Source: an uncultured Eubacteriales bacterium
Lineage (GTDB): Bacteria > Bacillota > Clostridia > Peptostreptococcales > Anaerovoracaceae
Reading direction: 5' to 3'
DNA: 64,000 bases
NCBI GenBank assembly: GCA_902779185.1
Contig: CACZAM010000006.1
Coordinates: 6,189-70,188, forward strand
Below, piece after piece: positions 9,746 to 18,242 of this stretch; within the stretch, counting starts at the first letter, position 1, and the number at the start of each line of letters is the position of its first letter. The notes beneath the pieces were generated by a model. That model saw only the letters and a program-made list of their open reading frames with translations, was not told the DNA's origin and did not search any database. The translations under genes were made by a program, and so were the position numbers.

Positions 9746-10342
9746 TTAACTGCGCTGTTTAAGCCGTCTGCCTATCTCATTCAGCAGCCAGCCCTCGAGC
9801 AGCAGAAGTACCGCAATGATTTTACCCAGCACGGTCGTGAACATCGCAACAGTAAACCCTATCCTCGGCACATGTGAAGATACCTTTCCGATCACTCTGT
9901 CATACGTGACCGGATTTATGTCTTCATGCTCATTGGCATCACCCTTGGTGGTAATGGTACCGGTCGAAGGATCGTTGGTTACCACTCTGTGTGTTATCGG
10001 AGTAGTACCGCGTGTCTCATTTATAAATACTATTATATCTCCGGTCTGCAAAAGTTCCGGATCCGTCTTTTTCGAATAAATGATGCTCCCGACCGGTATT
10101 GTCGGCTCCATGCTCCCGCTTACTACAACATAGCCCTCATAGCCGGCAACCCTGGGCATGATGAGGCAAAGGCAAGCAGCAATAACCAGAATCATAAGAG
10201 CGATACCGGCAACGCACAGTACGCGTCCGGCCCTTTTGCGGCTCTGCTTATCCTCTTCTTCAAACATGTCTTCGTATAATGACTGATTACGTTCTACTCT
10301 GCTCATGAATATCGTATCTAAAATATCAGCTGCCCTGATCAT
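9746..10342 (-). CDS. sipW: Signal peptidase I, SipW (archaeal/ER) type, copy 1
   Basis: 198 aa with one N-terminal TM segment. Motifs: VVSGSMEPTIPVGSIIYSKK (catalytic Ser), ITHRVV (His), TKGDANEHED, and a C-terminal TM segment. This layout is typical of SipW-like peptidases. Confidence 0.85.
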   Translation of the reverse strand: MIRAADILDTIFMSRVERNQSLYEDMFEEEDKQSRKRAGRVLCVAGIALMILVIAACLCLIMPRVAGYEGYVVVSGSMEPTIPVGSIIYSKKTDPELLQTGDIIVFINETRGTTPITHRVVTNDPSTGTITTKGDANEHEDINPVTYDRVIGKVSSHVPRIGFTVAMFTTVLGKIIAVLLLLEGWLLNEIGRRLKQRS

Positions 10343-10489
10343 AGTTTTACCCTTTCTGTTATTATCGGACGCATCTTTGCTGTTTTCAACAGCTTATTGT
10401 GGTCTGCGCACTTTGCCGTGCCACTGATACACGATATTGCATAATTATGATATCAGCGGCCTCGTCATTGTATCCGTCACTTTGCATAA

Positions 10490-10517
10490 TAAAAATGACG
10501 CAAAGACAGGTTTGCGC
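10490..10517 (-). terminator. Weak terminator-like hairpin after the sortase-like gene
   Basis: Minus strand CGCAAA-CCTGTC-TTTGCG followed by TCATTTTTATT. The stem is only 6 bp. Confidence 0.35.
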
Positions 10518-10540
10518 CATCTCTTTCACTTATCATTCCC

Positions 10541-11128
10541 TTACTCCGACAACATCATGTTGCAGCCAACTACGAAATATGTATCTTTATCGCTCTCGTA
10601 GCACAGCATGAGCTCATTGTCTCCTTCATCCCAGCGTTTGAGGTGGTATTGCGTCATCACCTCATATCTGTATCTGACCCCGTCGATATCGGTAAAGGCC
10701 ACCCGGTCTCCAGGCTTCAGGCCTGACAGTCTGCGGAAAAGGTCGTCTCTTCCGCCGATGATTTTAAAGTGCCCCTTTACAGGCGATCCATCAAGCCATT
10801 TGGCGAAGTACTCTTCGTCATCCTGTGCCTGTCCCATCACAGGTGCCATGATGTCGAGCGATGGTATCTCCAGCACCCCGACTATATCAATTCCCTCTAT
10901 CGGGACAGACGCCAGCGGATCGCGGCCAAGGCCCATTGCCACATCGCTGTCTACTCCGAGGCCGGGTATCATCTGTCCCAGAGCCTCTATAATACTCCGG
11001 GCTTTGCGGTCTCCGCGGGTTCCGTCGTAAAAGCTATATCCGGCATAAGAAATCACCCCGATAATTAATATCGGGATGATGATTCTTCTGATTATTGATG
11101 AACCGGTCCTTTCAGCCCTTCTATTCAT
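10541..11128 (-). CDS. Divergent sortase-like membrane protein (function tentative)
   Basis: N-terminal TM segment (IIRRIIIPILIIGVISYAGY). Sortase-like layout: GVLEIPSLDIMAPVMG, GHFKIIGG (His), LKPGDRVAFTDIDGVRYRYEV, ELMLCYES (Cys in place of TLxTC). No Arg follows the Cys, so the catalytic triad is incomplete. Start chosen at MNRRAERT (ATG 11128), overlapping the stop of the upstream gene. The longest ORF starts at 11164. Confidence 0.4.
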   Translation of the reverse strand: MNRRAERTGSSIIRRIIIPILIIGVISYAGYSFYDGTRGDRKARSIIEALGQMIPGLGVDSDVAMGLGRDPLASVPIEGIDIVGVLEIPSLDIMAPVMGQAQDDEEYFAKWLDGSPVKGHFKIIGGRDDLFRRLSGLKPGDRVAFTDIDGVRYRYEVMTQYHLKRWDEGDNELMLCYESDKDTYFVVGCNMMLSE

Positions 11129-12089
11129 CCTCTCCGCTTTCGTCGCTGATTCTGCGCCGTGCAATGGCTACTACTAAACCTGCGAGAATTGCTATGGCAG
11201 CTGCCACACCTGCAACTTTGGCCGGTGTCGACATATTTGAAAGAGGTGAATTGTTGTCTTCTATGTCTGCCGGATTCTCAGCTGGATTATCTGTAAGCGG
11301 CGTATTGTTGTCGTTGAGATCCACTGTGTCTGCAGGTCCTTCTGCAAGAGGCACACCTCCATCACCGATATTTGCTGCACCGCCATCTCCTACAGCTCCG
11401 CCAGCTCCTGCGGCACCACCTGCTCCGGCAGCTCCTCCGCCAGGGGCTGTGATAACAGTCGTTCCGTCAATTATCGTGATAGTACGTCCTTCTGCAGCGC
11501 CTTCCTCATCATATACGAAGGTGAAGTCGTTTTCATAAGGATCGGAGGACAATGTTGCAACTCCTGTAAGTGCCTGCGGGATATATCCGTCTACGTATTT
11601 GTAACTTACAACTACATTGTCGCCTGCCACTCCGTAGAACGTATCCGCATCGCGGATCTCCTCACCATCAGTACCCACATAGTGGACTACATACGATACC
11701 ATGCTGCTCTTCATTCCGTATGCAACAACGAACTCGAGGTCCTTGTCCTTGTACATACCGTCAAGCTTTATGTCGCTGGTGTTGGCTCCGCTGTTGTCAT
11801 CGCCTGCCAGCTTGACTCCTGTCATGAAGTACTTGCTCTCTGAAGGTGTCTTTCCGTCAGGCATGCTGCTGACCGTGAAAGACTGATCTCCGATCGTAAT
11901 TGTGTTGTTCGCCTGATCCACATTGATCGTGCTTGAAGCCGGCATCTTCACGCGGACACCTCCGCCACTGAATTCACCGTTTCCAGAAGAAAGAGATACC
12001 TCATAGTTGTAAGCGCTGACACTGAGCGTGCCCATTATCATGATCGCTATGAGTGTAAGGATAGGTGCTATCTTAGCCAGTTTTCTCAT
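11121..12089 (-). CDS. Secreted MucBP-like surface protein with C-terminal TM anchor
   Basis: Signal peptide MRKLAKIAPILTLIAIMIMGTLSVSA. MucBP-like segment VVHYVGTDGEEIRDADTFYGVAGDNVVVSYKYVDGYIP. Gly/Ala linker, VPLAEG motif, then AGVAAAIAILAGLVVAIARRR. ATGA overlap with the upstream gene. Confidence 0.75.
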   Translation of the reverse strand: MRKLAKIAPILTLIAIMIMGTLSVSAYNYEVSLSSGNGEFSGGGVRVKMPASSTINVDQANNTITIGDQSFTVSSMPDGKTPSESKYFMTGVKLAGDDNSGANTSDIKLDGMYKDKDLEFVVAYGMKSSMVSYVVHYVGTDGEEIRDADTFYGVAGDNVVVSYKYVDGYIPQALTGVATLSSDPYENDFTFVYDEEGAAEGRTITIIDGTTVITAPGGGAAGAGGAAGAGGAVGDGGAANIGDGGVPLAEGPADTVDLNDNNTPLTDNPAENPADIEDNNSPLSNMSTPAKVAGVAAAIAILAGLVVAIARRRISDESGEDE

Positions 12090-12835
12090 GCTCTGTCACC
12101 ATCCTTTCTGTCTTTCTTGTAGCTTCTGAACGCAAGGATCAGAAGGACAAGCGCTGCGAGGAATGCGATCGCAGGCAGGATCAGGTTTGTAGTATCGCCT
12201 GTGTTGACTTTCTTCCTGACGTGTTTGTAAACGTCCTTAGTTTCCTGAGATTCAACAGCATAGCTGAACTCGATCTCGGCATCCTTATCCTGGTAAGAGT
12301 TGATCTGCGATTCGCCGTCAAGCGAAACCTCGAGCTCAGTAGTACCGCTCTCATATGCTCCCAGCTCCTGAATGAAGAAGTAGTCAGGGCTGTTTGCGTA
12401 CTCACCTTCGGTCGCGTTCGTTGCCTGCTCAAGTCCTGTGCCGGCTCCGGAAGGTGAACCCTCACCGCCTACCGCGTCACTGTTGAAGATCTCTGTCTCT
12501 GTCCCGTCAGGACCAACATTCTTAAGAATGTATGTATAGCCTCCGTTCTGGGCTCCTGCTGACTCGAGTGTATCGATTACGGTGTTCTCCATGTACCACT
12601 CGGTCACATCGCCAGTGTCGTTGGTATATGTGAGTTCGATCGTAACAGTGTCACCAGGCTCTACGAGAGTGTTGATCTGATCTCTTATAGATGTTCCGCT
12701 GGTCGCGACTATATCTTTGCCATCAAATCTATATGTGCCGCCTTCGGCCTCATATGTTTCTGCCATTACCATCTGGCTCATTGCCAGCACCATCGAGAGG
12801 GTGAGCAGAAGTGTCAAAAGTCTTGTTTTCTTCAT
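12086..12835 (-). CDS. Secreted protein with a non-canonical cell-wall-sorting-like C-terminus (KVNTGD + TM + basic tail)
   Basis: Signal peptide MKKTRLLTLLLTLSMVLAMSQMVMA. The C-terminus KKVNTGDTTNLILPAIAFLAALVLLILAFRSYKKDRK has the tripartite shape of a sortase signal, but the motif lacks L-P. Confidence 0.75.
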   Translation of the reverse strand: MKKTRLLTLLLTLSMVLAMSQMVMAETYEAEGGTYRFDGKDIVATSGTSIRDQINTLVEPGDTVTIELTYTNDTGDVTEWYMENTVIDTLESAGAQNGGYTYILKNVGPDGTETEIFNSDAVGGEGSPSGAGTGLEQATNATEGEYANSPDYFFIQELGAYESGTTELEVSLDGESQINSYQDKDAEIEFSYAVESQETKDVYKHVRKKVNTGDTTNLILPAIAFLAALVLLILAFRSYKKDRKDGDRA

Positions 12836-12848
12836 GTCTCTTCCCTCC

Positions 12849-13571
12849 TTAGCGTACCGTCAGTGTGCTGCCCGATGCTGTAACGTTCGTTACGCCCCAG
12901 ATGCTTCTTACTGCATCCTGTGCATTGTGTGTCTGGATCGACTGCGCCTCAGCCTCGATGCATATCTGACGACCGTCATACTCATAAGCATATGTTATGA
13001 CGCCCTTGTCATCAGGACCCGAGACCGTGAAGAAATCAGCTACGCCGCCGTCTACCGTGAGCGAACTTGTCAGCGCGTCTGTTTCTTTGCCCGGCCGTAC
13101 TGCATTCTTATAGTAGTAGACTTTGCGCTCCGCTGTAGTCTCTGCCTTGTTTTCCTGCCACTTGCCGCCGTCTGCGAGTTCAAGCTTGATTACTTCGAGT
13201 TCTGGATACTTGCCGTCCTTCTCCTCTATATCTGTAATCTTGTTGCCCTCTGCGTCTCTCCAGTATTTTCTTAATACTATACGCACAAATTGATTAGCAT
13301 CGCTGTTGTTTCTGGCTGCAATCACTTCGTCATAAGTCTTGCCCGGTGATATAGCACCTTTAAGCTCTGTAAGCATTGAGTCATCGCCACTTACAGCAGT
13401 TCCGTTCTCCAGCACTACTACCGTCTGATTCGCTGTCTCGAAATCGAGGAAGTGCTCAGGGCTGTAGATGTTAAGGACTGCCCTTGTTGCCGTGAACCCG
13501 CCGCCTGCGAACAGCAGCGCAGCTACTGCGAGGAGGGCGATTGTTTTAACGGATAATCTTTGTTTCTTCAT
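12849..13571 (-). CDS. Secreted protein, possible TasA/camelysin-like (SipW-substrate-like) fibre subunit
   Basis: 240 aa. The N-terminus MKKQRLSVKTIALLAVAALLFAGGGFTATRAVL resembles the GGG(T/F)xA signal end of TasA-type proteins. No anchor motif. Tightly packed in the operon. Confidence 0.55.
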   Translation of the reverse strand: MKKQRLSVKTIALLAVAALLFAGGGFTATRAVLNIYSPEHFLDFETANQTVVVLENGTAVSGDDSMLTELKGAISPGKTYDEVIAARNNSDANQFVRIVLRKYWRDAEGNKITDIEEKDGKYPELEVIKLELADGGKWQENKAETTAERKVYYYKNAVRPGKETDALTSSLTVDGGVADFFTVSGPDDKGVITYAYEYDGRQICIEAEAQSIQTHNAQDAVRSIWGVTNVTASGSTLTVR

Positions 13572-13586
13572 TTCCTCGCCCCCTTA

Positions 13587-14096
13587 TTATTCTGTGAATG
13601 TGATGCTCTGATCCCAGTCTGCAGGTGTTATAACTGCAGTTCCGTTGTATATGGCTATCCTTGCCTCATGAGCAACTGTTACGTTGAAGTTGTCGCCGAG
13701 AATGGCTTTTTCTTCATCCGTCAGGTCGTCCTTGATCTTGGCTACGATCTTACCCTCTGTCGTTGCTCCGGCAGCGAGTACTTCTGTGTAGTAGTACCAG
13801 CCATCAGCGCCCTTCTTCCATTTTGCCGGTGCTGTCACCGTCATAAGAGGCTCATCAGGTCCGAATACCTGTACTCTTACAACGACTGCAGCTCCGTCTT
13901 CGCTGTTCGTGATCGCGATCTGCTTATCAGGACCGTCGCCCTCGTCTACAGTCGTCTCCTGCTTCAGCACTACGGCCGCTTTTCCCTCTGCATAGTCTGT
14001 ATCACTGAAGTATGCCACAGTTATACCGATCGTTGTGACAAGCAGCAGCGCCAGAGTCAGGAGGACTGTTAGTGATCGCCTGTTAAATATCTTCAT
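13587..14096 (-). CDS. TasA/camelysin-like protein with SipW-cognate-type signal peptide
   Basis: 169 aa. MKIFNRRSLTVLLTLALLLVTTIGITVAYFSDTD carries the (T/V)AYF(S/T)D motif characteristic of SipW-dependent signal peptides. No C-terminal anchor. Confidence 0.7.
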   Translation of the reverse strand: MKIFNRRSLTVLLTLALLLVTTIGITVAYFSDTDYAEGKAAVVLKQETTVDEGDGPDKQIAITNSEDGAAVVVRVQVFGPDEPLMTVTAPAKWKKGADGWYYYTEVLAAGATTEGKIVAKIKDDLTDEEKAILGDNFNVTVAHEARIAIYNGTAVITPADWDQSITFTE

Positions 14097-14117
14097 TACT
14101 ATCTGTACCTCCTTATG

Positions 14118-15554
14118 CTACTGTGTAAGACCCCTCTGGCCTTTGTATGTGTACTTGCCGTCACTGCCCTTGCTGTACTTGTTGACTACGCTGCCTGTGT
14201 ATGGAGGTGGATTGTCGTTCGGCGTGTGCGTATTTTTAAAGCTTGCAGTATATACGCCATCGGCTTCCGTTGCATTCACAGGGTTAGCTCCATCAACCTT
14301 GTAGTTTGTCGAGTAAACCTCCTTGACCTCAAGCCTTGTGAGGTTCACAGGAATGTTGCCGACCTCCACACTATCTGTGCCAGGCTTGTCGAATACAAGT
14401 CCGGTCCTTGTGTGGTACATCTCGACTTCCTTGCCGTCTTTCTCACCGTATCCCGTCACTTCGAATACGACACTCGCATTCATGCCTTCACCTATAGTTG
14501 CGAAGTTTGTGAGAGTCTTGTCGATGATCAGTTTCTTGGTTCCGAAAGTATTGCCGATTGTGATGAACTCCTGTGCGCCATCCTCAGACTCGATGCTTCC
14601 TACTGTCTCTTCATTGATGACAACACCAATAGCCTCCTGTATGTAGTAGTTGTACAGAAGCTTGTTGTCTGTTGTGAATATCTCTCTTGCAGACCAGGTA
14701 TGGGAACCTTCAGCCTCTTCTGCTGTCAGCTTGTAGGTGTAAGGTCCCTCGCCAGGGAAATCTGCCTCATTGAACTTCTTCGTCCTCTGCTCGCTGGAGT
14801 AGGTCTTGTCACCGGACTCGGTTGTATTCCATGTGAAGTTCCAGTTGTTTGCATCATTCAGAGTGACTGTATCAATCACCTTATCGCCATACAGGATCTC
14901 CACATCAAGAGATTCCGGTCTGAGACCCTTTTCGTCGTTGTTGTCATTCCAGACTTTCTTGACATTGTGCGAGTGTGCGACAGGCGTACTCTTGATCTTG
15001 GCATTTACATGAGCCTTGTCGAATGTAAAGGTTGCATCATCGTTGAGCACCTGTACAAGCACTGGAACAGGGCTCCAGTAATTATCACCAACCTTGATCT
15101 CACCGCCGACGATCAGGTAGATACCGTTCTCACTTGCTGTGGCTAAAGTCGCAGTATTACCCACTGTGATGGAGACTGGCCCTCCAACTTTCACCGTACC
15201 GAGCTTGTCCTCGTACTGTGCTATCGTATTGGCCGCGTCGATCATTCCATCCAGATTCTCCACATCAGAGAATACCTCGTCCTTCAGATCAACGCCGGCG
15301 ATCGATTTTACAGCAGGATCAACTACCAGTATGGATTTGCCGGTCACTTCGTCATGGCTGTATGCACCCACCTTGTAGACATTGAACTCAAATGTCTGGC
15401 CAGTCAGATCCGCGACCTCCGGGTTGAACGTCAAGCTGATAGCACCGCCCGCTGCATACACCGGCAAAGCGGTCACCGACATCGTCAGGACCATTGCCAG
15501 AGTCAGCATCAGACTCCCCAGCTTCTTTCCTATTCTTCTTCTCTTCATATGCAT
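14118..15554 (-). CDS. Secreted CnaB-domain / pilin-like protein lacking a complete sorting signal
   Basis: Signal peptide ...MSVTALPVYAAG. CnaB-type segment KKVWNDNNDEKGLRPESLDVEILYGDKVIDTVTLNDANNWNFTW. The C-terminus ...NPPPYTGSVVNKYSKGSDGKYTYKGQRGLTQ has a PPxTG-like motif but no hydrophobic segment. Confidence 0.8.
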   Translation of the reverse strand: MHMKRRRIGKKLGSLMLTLAMVLTMSVTALPVYAAGGAISLTFNPEVADLTGQTFEFNVYKVGAYSHDEVTGKSILVVDPAVKSIAGVDLKDEVFSDVENLDGMIDAANTIAQYEDKLGTVKVGGPVSITVGNTATLATASENGIYLIVGGEIKVGDNYWSPVPVLVQVLNDDATFTFDKAHVNAKIKSTPVAHSHNVKKVWNDNNDEKGLRPESLDVEILYGDKVIDTVTLNDANNWNFTWNTTESGDKTYSSEQRTKKFNEADFPGEGPYTYKLTAEEAEGSHTWSAREIFTTDNKLLYNYYIQEAIGVVINEETVGSIESEDGAQEFITIGNTFGTKKLIIDKTLTNFATIGEGMNASVVFEVTGYGEKDGKEVEMYHTRTGLVFDKPGTDSVEVGNIPVNLTRLEVKEVYSTNYKVDGANPVNATEADGVYTASFKNTHTPNDNPPPYTGSVVNKYSKGSDGKYTYKGQRGLTQ

Positions 15555-15593
15555 CTCCCTATCGTTAATTGATTGGTGATTATTGACTTTGAT

Positions 15594-16529
15594 TTATTTC
15601 TCCAGCTTCCTGCGCTCCATGTACATGCGCATTATGGCTGCTGAATCAAACATCTTGGCTCTCCGCGTACTTATCAGTAGCACTATGAGCAGTATTATTA
15701 TTGCCGGAATCGCCAGAACCGGTGCGATATATATCGGTTCTATCTGTATTCCGTCAGCTATGACATCTGCGGTACCCTGGGCATTAGGCACTCTGTGGCC
15801 CCTGACCAGAAGCCGGTGCGTATTGATGCCATACGGCGTACAAGTGATCAGTGTACAGAAGTCTTCGCCTTCTACTATCTGCAGCTCCGACAGATCCTCT
15901 GGCTCTATAATGCGTATCTGGTCGCATTCATAAGTCAGTGTTTCGTTCAGAACATTCAGCGTCCAGGTATCGCCTTCACGCATTTTATCGACATCGGTAA
16001 AAAGCCTTGCTGACGGCAGCCCTCTGTGGCCTGATATCTGTACGTGGGTATTCTCTCCGCCTACAGGGAGAGATGTAGTCTCCAAATGTCCTATGGCTCT
16101 TTGAAGAACATTTTCGTCTGTCCCATGGTAGATAGGTGCTCTGACATGGAACTTAGGGATGCTTACATACCCCATGATACCGGTACCATCGATATCGAGT
16201 TCCTTCTCGTACGCTTTTCGCTCAGCTTCTGTCATCACCCAGTGAAGCCCGCGCTCTGCCAGTCTTTCGTTATACTCTCTGGCGCTTTTGAGGATCTTTT
16301 CGTAATCCTCCTTGCTCATCTTGTCCACAGCCTCGCTGTAAGACATGATTGCGTGGGTTTGATGGAACTGGTTCCAGTAGTTAGCGACCGATGGATAGAC
16401 AAGAAGCCCTATTCCCACCAGGAGCCCGATGACCATCACTCCCGATAACAGATTCCTTCTTATCCATCTCATCATCTGATGTCTGTAGTCTCCTTTTCCG
16501 GCTCTCATGAGCCTCCGGATAACCGTCAT
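15594..16529 (-). CDS. srtC: Class C (pilin-polymerising) sortase
   Basis: N-terminal TM segment, HVQISGHRG (His), CTLITCTPYGINTHRLLVRGHRV (TLxTC Cys and Arg), C-terminal TM segment (PVLAIPAIIILLIVLLI). The start is uncertain: the longest ORF begins at 16607, and I place it at MTVIRRLMRAG (16529). Confidence 0.9.
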   Translation of the reverse strand: MTVIRRLMRAGKGDYRHQMMRWIRRNLLSGVMVIGLLVGIGLLVYPSVANYWNQFHQTHAIMSYSEAVDKMSKEDYEKILKSAREYNERLAERGLHWVMTEAERKAYEKELDIDGTGIMGYVSIPKFHVRAPIYHGTDENVLQRAIGHLETTSLPVGGENTHVQISGHRGLPSARLFTDVDKMREGDTWTLNVLNETLTYECDQIRIIEPEDLSELQIVEGEDFCTLITCTPYGINTHRLLVRGHRVPNAQGTADVIADGIQIEPIYIAPVLAIPAIIILLIVLLISTRRAKMFDSAAIMRMYMERRKLEK

Positions 16530-16648
16530 CTCTGTGACAGCTCTCCGCAGGTCATGAGAACACATTTTCTGCCTGCGCGTATCCAGCCCTAAGCACCCGG
16601 ATATCATTCATGTTTCTCTATATTCCTTTACCCCAAAGCTTTGACTTT

Positions 16649-16673
16649 GGGCGGCCGGCCATACCGGCCGCCC
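16649..16673 (-). terminator. All-GC 10-bp hairpin between the pilin and sortase genes (attenuator or mRNA-stability element; no U-tract)
   Basis: GGGCGGCCGG-ccata-CCGGCCGCCC, seen directly in the sequence. No T-run follows on either strand. Confidence 0.4.
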
Positions 16674-16718
16674 AAATAGTGTTTTCTGTTAGTAATCAAC
16701 TGTATTCGTTGCAGTCAA

Positions 16719-18242
16719 TTATTTGTTGTTCTGCATTCTTCTTCTGCTAACGAGGACGATTCCGCATCCAACTACGAGGAGAGAACCGAGAACGTAGAAG
16801 ATAGTTGTTCCGATACCACCAGTTGCTGGAAGCTCTGCGCCAGTCTTGTTGACAACTACTACTGGAGTAGCTGCAAGCTCTTCAATTGACACGATTACAT
16901 CAAAACCAGTTTCAGAATGCTGATCAATCGGATTACCATCTGCATCGAAGTACGTAGTTGTATTTGTTGTTGTAGAACCTGTCTGTACTGCTTTTACAGA
17001 AACAGGACCCGCAAGCTTGTTATATCCTGCCGGTGCTTCGGTCTCAGTAATGCTATAATCGCCAGTTGCAACACCCTTTACGATGATCAGACCTGAATCA
17101 GGAGTTGTAAGCTCATTTACAAGACCATCACCAGCTGTTGTTCCTGCATATACATAAGCGCCATCAGCAGCAGCTGTTGCCTGTACATAGAATGGAAGCT
17201 TGAATTTTGCACCTGCAAGAGGAGCACCTGCCTGGTCAACTTTCTTGAGAGCAATGGCATAAGTGTAAACAGTTTCAGTTACAGGAATCTCATATGGCAC
17301 TGGCTGCCCATCTGTAACATAGGAAAGTGTTACACTATTTGTGTTACCATCTCCATCAATGGCAGCAGAAGCAGCTACTGTGGCTGTATATGTAATTGTA
17401 AGAGTTGCACCGTTTTTATAGAGTGATTTACCAGCTGTATCAACCCAATCGATTTCGATCTTTCCATTAGCATCGAACTGAGGAGAATATGCACCAGCTG
17501 TTGTTGTTCCAATGTCAGTTCCACCAACTTTAACGGAAGTAACCTTGACATCAGTCAATACACCATTTGCAAAATCATCTTCGATGATGTACTTCGTAAT
17601 TGGCTTTTCTCCATTCTCAAAGTTTGCGGTATCGAAAGAAACTGTATAGGTTACAGTCTGTCCGATGAATACGTCGTCATCATCAGCAGTCTTCTTAGGG
17701 TTATTGATCGGAGGTGTGGTGTTCTTGTCAATAACCTTGGCAACCGGATTTGTTGAATCAACAGTCAGAAGAGCCTGTCCCTGTGTGGTTGTGATAATAT
17801 AGTATCCATATGGAAGGCCTGTGAAATTAAGTGGCTTTGTACCATCACTTTCTGCGGATTTTGTCACATGTGCCGCTGCCCATGTTTTCAGAGCATTCTG
17901 AGTATTTGTATCACTCAGATCCAAATCATCTGCAGCAGTAATACCAAGAGTGTCATCTGTTCCGTTTACATACTTAAAATAAGCACTTAATTCTGTCGGG
18001 ATTGTCCCTTTATAAGCAATAGAGGTGCTAACTCCCTCTGTTGTAGTAGTTTTGCTTACTGTCGCATCAAACAGCTTAGCGACTGCGTAAGTTTCTCCAC
18101 TTGCCGGATTTGAGATTGTGATTGTTGCATTATCTTCGTCCGCTGGACTAAGCGGAACATCCTGCGCAAATACAGTTGCACTCATTGCCAGTACCATGAT
18201 TGTGGACAGTACCAGAACGAGAACTTTGCTAAGTTTCTTCAT
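16719..18242 (-). CDS. Major pilin, LPXTG (LPATG) isopeptide-type fimbrial subunit
   Basis: Signal peptide MKKLSKVLVLVLSTIMVLAMSATVFA. E-box-like GDYSITETEAPAGYNKL. Sorting signal ELPATGGIGTTIFYVLGSLLVVGCGIVLVSRRRM. It lies immediately upstream of the class C sortase. Confidence 0.9.
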   Translation of the reverse strand: MKKLSKVLVLVLSTIMVLAMSATVFAQDVPLSPADEDNATITISNPASGETYAVAKLFDATVSKTTTTEGVSTSIAYKGTIPTELSAYFKYVNGTDDTLGITAADDLDLSDTNTQNALKTWAAAHVTKSAESDGTKPLNFTGLPYGYYIITTTQGQALLTVDSTNPVAKVIDKNTTPPINNPKKTADDDDVFIGQTVTYTVSFDTANFENGEKPITKYIIEDDFANGVLTDVKVTSVKVGGTDIGTTTAGAYSPQFDANGKIEIDWVDTAGKSLYKNGATLTITYTATVAASAAIDGDGNTNSVTLSYVTDGQPVPYEIPVTETVYTYAIALKKVDQAGAPLAGAKFKLPFYVQATAAADGAYVYAGTTAGDGLVNELTTPDSGLIIVKGVATGDYSITETEAPAGYNKLAGPVSVKAVQTGSTTTNTTTYFDADGNPIDQHSETGFDVIVSIEELAATPVVVVNKTGAELPATGGIGTTIFYVLGSLLVVGCGIVLVSRRRMQNNK

